NCBI RefSeq assembly: GCF_011386835.1
Contig: NC_088809.1
Coordinates: 12,896,001-12,960,000 of the forward strand
DNA: 64,000 bases
Direction of reading: 5' to 3'
From: Chrysemys picta bellii
Taxonomy: Eukaryota
This document shows positions 51,180-64,000 of the stretch, in pieces. Numbering within the stretch: position 1 is the first letter of the stretch; each line of letters begins with the position of its first letter. Position numbers and translations under genes: made by a program. Below the pieces are notes generated by a model, which had not been told where the DNA came from, ran no database searches, and saw only the letters and a list, made by a program, of their open reading frames with translations.

Positions 51180-54100
51180 AGCGTCTCTGCAATTCAGTAA
51201 TGCTTTCATCAAGAAGTGAATAGGCAGAACTTCGGAGTAATCCATTTGGCTGCCACAAGTTACTTACACAAAACCACTACATACCTTTAGCTACTCGATG
51301 TCAGCATCAAAACATATCCTGTAATGAGAGTGTGGTGCTGCTCAGTGTCCAGAGAGGCAGCGTATGCCTGTAGCACTGAAAATGACAAGCATCTTTCATA
51401 GTGGCAAACGTGAAATAATATAAGAGCCAAGTTACATCATTTGTGTTTCGTGAGAACATTTTACATTTAAAATGCCTTTTATCCTAAAGTGCTTTTTAAA
51501 CTACAGAGCACCGCTGAAATACAGGACCTTTTAAAGCAAAGAGAGTAGCAAATAGTCAGTGGAACACACTGGGGGAGGAGGAGATGTTTAGGAAAATTCC
51601 TGCTTTTATAAAAAAATTTACACAGAGCACACATGACTTTATGTTTTTAAGTCTTAGCAGCTGGTGGGACACTTCTAAAGCCTGTTTCAGCATAGTTAGT
51701 CCACAGAACATTTTTCACTTCTTATCCCTAAACATAACAGACTGTCCACATACTTGACTTGTATTTCTATTAGAGACAGTCCAATCCTAAATTTAGAATT
51801 AAGAGCTAGACAGGCTTTTTTGGTAGGTCTTAATACATCTATTTTGATGTCTCATGGAGATATGAATGAATCCTTAGTGTGGAAGTGCAAGGCTTCTGTT
51901 TCTATATGGTTTTTGTGATAGTGTGGAATACCTTTGTTGCTGCCACCTGTAGAAGACTGCATAACTTACTGGCTCAGAGAAGTTTAAGTACTAGAGACAA
52001 AGGACACCTAACTGGTATCTGCTAAAGAGGGACTCGTCTCTGATGAAGACTAAACATGGTATCTACCACCCAGCATCTACTTTATCAGTAGAACCACTTT
52101 ATACTTGAGGATGTTGTGCATTAAATGTATATTTAACTGAGATCTTCATACAGACTTCTATGGAAGTAGACAATACAAAATTGTAGCTAAAATATGTTGA
52201 ACATGCAGGACAGAGTAAAAATGGATGTTAATGTTCATAAACATCTACTCCTATAAGTTAAAAATCTAAAGTATATTGAATAAAGCTTCAATTCCTTCTA
52301 GCTGTCAGCTTTTTAAATGTGTATGTGTATATATTGCTTGGATTTAGCTTTAAAGGCAGAGTATGAACTACTGAAAGTTTTTCAGCTCTGAGCACTGACA
52401 AGGTAGGTGTACTACATGTGCTTCTTTACTAGTCTTCATCTCTACTTCCTCACTTAACTTGCTTATCCTCTAAACAGCAAGTTGACAATTAAAACCTCTA
52501 CATGTATCTTCTGGAAAAGAAATTGATTTGTATCCATATTCAGGAAAACACTGTGCAAGGAAGTACAGGTGTTAGTTGAAGTAGAGCTGAAAGTCAACAC
52601 ATGGGCTAGTCAACAACTTTAATAAGGTTTATTTTGATGTTGTCAGCCATTCTTCCTGACCCATAAATACTAAACAAACCAACTGTACATAAATTACAAA
52701 AAATCAAAAAGGAACTCCCTCTACTAAGAAAAAACCTGAACAATTCACCCAAATTCTAGAGAAGGCTTTACATGGAAATAGACTCCCCCCCTCCCTCCCC
52801 TCCCCAAGTTTGTGAACTGGATTCTGCTAAATTATGCAACTCCTCTTTCTCCTGCTAGCTCCCAAGTTTGCTCTTCAGAAACTATGCTTTATCCCTAAAG
52901 AAAAACAGCTCTAATCATTATGGATGCAGTGATGGCTGAAGCTGTCGGCAACCCAAAACACTAGATAAGAGTAATGAATTGCCCAGTTAATCTCAATGGG
53001 ATATTGATACTGATAAGTATCTTTGGTGCTCAACCATCTCAAAGATGAGCACAATCAATGGCTTATCAACATGGGGAAATGTGCCAGCTTAACTGTACTA
53101 GTATAGTTTGTGTGTAGCCACTTAGTCTAATGTATGTCCACATAAGAAGACATGGCAGCAAAATCACACAGGTAATTTCAATTTTCAAAATGCTTAATGA
53201 CTAAGGAACCCATATCCCACTGACTATCAGTGGGACTTAAACTCCAATGCAACTTAAGTACTTTTACATTTCTTATTGGCCTCCCCTGCAATCTGACCCA
53301 TGAACAAGCTCAGGCTGTCAAACTAAAGGGGAGGTAAATTCCTGAGGGGCACAGAGGGGCTTTGCTAGGTACTTGTGTGTTAGTTTATAACTACAACAAA
53401 CAGATATTGCTATCATCATCTAGGTCTTCACAGAAACTGTATGCATCAAATCAGAGGACAGCTGACACCTGTCACAAAATACATATGCCACTTCCCTCTA
53501 GGAGGCAGCAAGTGACCACAGTACTGGCTCATCCCCTAAACTAGGAAACAGAAATGGTACCAAACAACTAATGCATATTTTGCTGCATCATACTACTGTC
53601 ACAGAAGTTGATGTTTAATGCCAAGGGCTCCATTTAAACTCCATGTTTATCCTTGAACAATCCATGGATGGGTAGGCCAAGTTAATATCATTTACTCTTT
53701 CCCCACTATTGTGTATTCTGCCTCAGGAAGTATGAATACATCTTAGAGCTGCTTAGCTGTATTATTCATATACTATCTTGTTTGAAAAACTGTACTGTAA
53801 TTTTAGCAAAGTAGTTTAGAGTGCTGTCTTCTGCAGCAGGTGGGTTGGTAGAAAGTGTGTGTGGACATCAGCAAGACACACAAAGGGTTGAACATGAAGA
53901 TACTAGAGAGGTTTAAAGCATTTTGGCTTTTATCTTGGATAAGGAAAGGAACATATACAAGTCCAGCAGGGGAAAACTAAGGTACGCTGGGAGCTTCTCT
54001 ATCTCAAGGAGCAGATTCCTTTACCTAGTCTAGATCAGGTTTATTTTAGTAGTGAATTTTTGCATATTTTGGGAGCACAGCTTCAGCCTCACAGAAGCAT

Positions 54101-54601
54101 AAAGGACCACTACACTAGTGCCAGATCCTATAAAATACTTTATATATATTATAATTCATTTAACAGTTGAAAGAATGAATTAGGGGAACACTTTTCTCCA
54201 GGTTAGGATGTATATTTTGCATGTATCCCATGAATAAAATATATAAGAATGGTCTATTTACAAATAGTGAAATTTCTCTAGCAGTAGCATGTGGCAGTCT
54301 AGGTCACTCATGTTTAATGCTGCCATTAAACAAGGTTAATAATATACACAGTAACTCCATGCACTGTTTTAAGAGTGACACTTCATTTAATTCTTTTGTC
54401 TGTGCATGTTTCTCCTCATACGCAATAAACGGCTCTGGGATAGATGCAGCCTTCCACCCAGCACTAAATTAAAGGGAAAAGGGCTTGGTGCAGATGAACA
54501 CCAATATAATCAATACCCACACCAAAACAAAGCTAGTATAGCCTTTCACTGTTAAGTCCTATAACTTTATGCTTAGTGCAAATCGAACACTCAAACACCT
54601 C

Positions 54602-54607
54602 TTTATT
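54602..54607 (-). terminator. Candidate SBDS polyadenylation signal
   Basis: Minus-strand AATAAA about 185 nt after the stop codon. Confidence 0.45.
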
Positions 54608-54789
54608 AAAAGGCACTTGTTACCCAGACAAATGCAAGGAAACACGGCCTGGAATAATCCCAAATAGAGCTAGTGACAGCAATTATTTGGCAGCAATAGG
54701 TTGGAAAAACAAAAACCTTAACAGAATGAGGTGGCCTAACTCTGCCTCTTTATAGTGTTTGCCACAAAAGTGATGTTGGTGGAAGGGTT

Positions 54790-61700
<6,911 letters not shown>

Positions 61701-62423
61701 TGGATGCAAATGGCTTCTGCGTGGGGTTCATCAATAAGAGTGACATGCTGCAGAGGGTCGGCTGGCGTGGGTGACTGTACTCCTGGGATTGTGGGTGAGA
61801 AGGGGCTGAGAGTGGCTTGACTCTGTGTGGTTTTGTAGCGTGTGTTTCCCTGGCGGGCTGAGTTTCTGCTCCGTGCTTCAGTGTGTTTCTGTGACTGTGT
61901 TCATGGTATTCTGTTTCTATGCGATTGCGTGTGGGGTGTATCTGTAGGATCGGGCGCTCCCGCCTCCCGTGATTGTCTTTGCTGTATTAGGTTAGTATCC
62001 CATTTCTTTAGCCCGGTGAAGTTGCACTGCCTATCTGATGTTTTTGCGTCTGAGAGATTGTTTTTCTATGATTGTAAATGTTTAGAGTGTTTGTGATCGC
62101 GTGTGTTTTTGTTTTCTAGGCACGAGGAAGAAAACACTGCCACACCAGCCCTGAGCTCTGTATAGCTTCCTTTTCATCAGTAGCAATCTATAAAGTGAAG
62201 TGGGGAGGAAGGGGAAAAAACAAACGCCCAGACTCCCAGCATTCCTCTGCAAACAGCATGGCTGCCCCCAGGAGCTCGTGGGGATTTCTCTGTCCTAGTT
62301 AATTTTGTTACCTAAAACGTAGAAGGGTAGCTGCAAATTGCCACATCACGCTCTGGAATGCTGAATTTTTGGCTGGTGTTTCAGGTTCTAACTATCCTGG
62401 CTGCTTGTGCTGACGCTCATGCC

Positions 62424-63756
62424 ATGGGTAAGTACTATTGTGTAGAGATACCTGATGATTTTTAGGGGATCGTTGTAGTTAGTGCCTTGACAGAGGATAT
62501 AGCTCTTATTAAACTGAAACGACACTGATTTAACCGCAAAAAGAACAGGAGTACTTGTGGCACCTTAGAGACTAACATAATATGTTATGCATCCAAAGAA
62601 GTGGGCAGTAGCCCACGAAAGCTTATGCTCTAATAAATTTGTTAGTCTCTAAGGTGCCACAAGTACTCCTGTTCTTTTTGCGGATACAGACTAACACGGC
62701 TGCTACTCTGAAAACTGATTTAACCATAACACATCAGGAATAACCTGTTGTCCTGCTGCTCCCAGCAAGGTGGGAACGGGCTCACTTGCTTGCTACTGTT
62801 AGGTCTGCGTGCAACACACATTCAATTGCTTATTCTTTTAAAAAGAAGTCAAATTAGTGCCAAGCCTGGAAGGGGTGACCCCTGTGACCAATATCTTGAA
62901 ACCTTAGGGCTGCTGGGACCACTCGAGTGCAGGTTGGCTTTACAAATAGAAATGAGATTGGAACATGTCTCTGGTGGAAACACCCAGAGTGAAATCTGTT
63001 AGTATCAGAGAAATGTAGAAAACAATAATATAAAGGTAACCCTGAATTACTGCTGTGCCTTTCTCCAGTGGTGCTCCTGGGGAAGCACCTCTGAGCCAGC
63101 TAATGTTGGCTTTCGGGTGTTAATTTCCAGCCAGGGTTCAAGGGTGTTAATTACAGGCAGCTGAATGTATCTTAGGCTAGGTCTACACTACCCGCCTGAA
63201 TTGGCGGGTAGAAATCGACCTCTCGGGGATCGATTTATTGCGTCCCATCGGGACGCGACAATCGATCCCCGAATCGACGCTCTTACTCCATCAGCGGAGG
63301 TGGGAGTAAGCGCCGTCGACAGAAAGCCGCAGAAGTCGATTTTGCCGCCGTCCTCACAGCGGGGTAAGTCGGCTGCGATACGTCGAATTCAGCTACGCTA
63401 TTCACGTAGCTGAATTTGCGTATCTTAAATCGACTCCCCCCTGTAGTGTAGATGTACCCTTAAACTCCACAAAGGGAAGGTGTGTGTGATTGGGAGCAGT
63501 GAGCAACGGGAGAGGTGTAGGATGCTGTTTCTGCCGCTATATTGATGATGAAGGAAACTGCTGCTGCTTTTGCTGAGTTGGAAGAGGGCAGTCATGATTT
63601 ATTATCATTTTAGATGCATCAGCGGATACTTGGAGCTACTTCTACACTCATCTGATGTCCATATGGCTAAACAGGTTTTACATCTACTCTTGTGCGGCTT
63701 TTGGCATTGGTATTTGGATCTGCTTTCAGTTCATTGCCACCAAAGCCAAAAAGCAG
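62424..63756 (+). CDS. TYW1: tRNA wybutosine-synthesizing protein 1 (radical SAM), N-terminus only; continues beyond the right edge
   Basis: gccATGG|gtaagt at 62424-62427 splices to exon 63614-63756, giving MDASADTWSYFYTHLMSIWLNRFYIYSCAAFGIGIWICFQFIATKAKKQ. This resembles the human TYW1 N-terminus (MDPSADTW...LWINRFYIYLG) with its hydrophobic anchor. It is head-to-head with SBDS as in mammals. Confidence 0.9.
62536..62713. mobile_element. Penelope-like inverted pLTR unit in TYW1 intron; hammerhead core mutated (CCAAAGA)
   Basis: 42-bp perfect inverted arms (62536-62577, 62640-62681) plus tail. Flanking duplication ACTGATTTAACC (62524-62535, 62714-62725). Confidence 0.85.
63175..63459. mobile_element. 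CpG-rich PIF/Harbinger-type MITE
   Basis: TIRs GGCTAGGTCTACACTAC / GTAGTGTAGATGTACCC with a perfect TTA target duplication. Confidence 0.85.
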
Positions 63757-64000
63757 GTAAGTGAGACTCACAATTCTAGCATTTATATTCTTTCAACTGG
63801 CAGTATACAACAGTAATCCTTTAACCCACTACTGAAATGTATCCTCCTTTGGTGTGGGAGTGTGGCATTTCATTTCAGTATAGTCCACTCTAGGCCATGT
63901 GCAAGTTCTAACTTCTTAAAGTTTAAATGTGGTTTGGCATCCTCGAAAATCATAGTACTTGACGTGTGTTAGAAATATAACAAAAACATACCTGTTGACT

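Overview
Vertebrate genomic DNA, almost certainly a hidden-necked turtle. That assignment is inferred from the tortoise Pol III/SINE, the turtle-type Penelope pLTR repeats and abundant CR1 and MITEs. Five spliced protein-coding genes were reconstructed by hand from GT-AG boundaries and homology: NIPSNAP2 (minus, exons 1-3, runs off the left edge), MRPS17 (minus, complete), a complete 17-coding-exon merlin paralogue (NF2-like, plus, 648 aa), SBDS (minus, complete, 250 aa) and the start of TYW1 (plus, head-to-head with SBDS). Most ORFs in the supplied track are spurious or are repeat-derived. The most interesting item is the NF2-like gene. It sits beside NIPSNAP2 as NF2 sits beside NIPSNAP1, so it is probably a whole-genome-duplication ohnologue lost in placental mammals. 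It keeps the FERM domain, helical region and S518-type phosphosite, but replaces the auto-inhibitory AFFEEL tail with about 80 unrelated residues ending in a PDZ-ligand-like DVIYI. The second item is a set of short Penelope-like insertions carrying minimal hammerhead ribozymes, mostly as inverted fold-back units with 9-14 bp flanking duplications. Comparisons with human and mouse are from recalled knowledge and were not run as searches.
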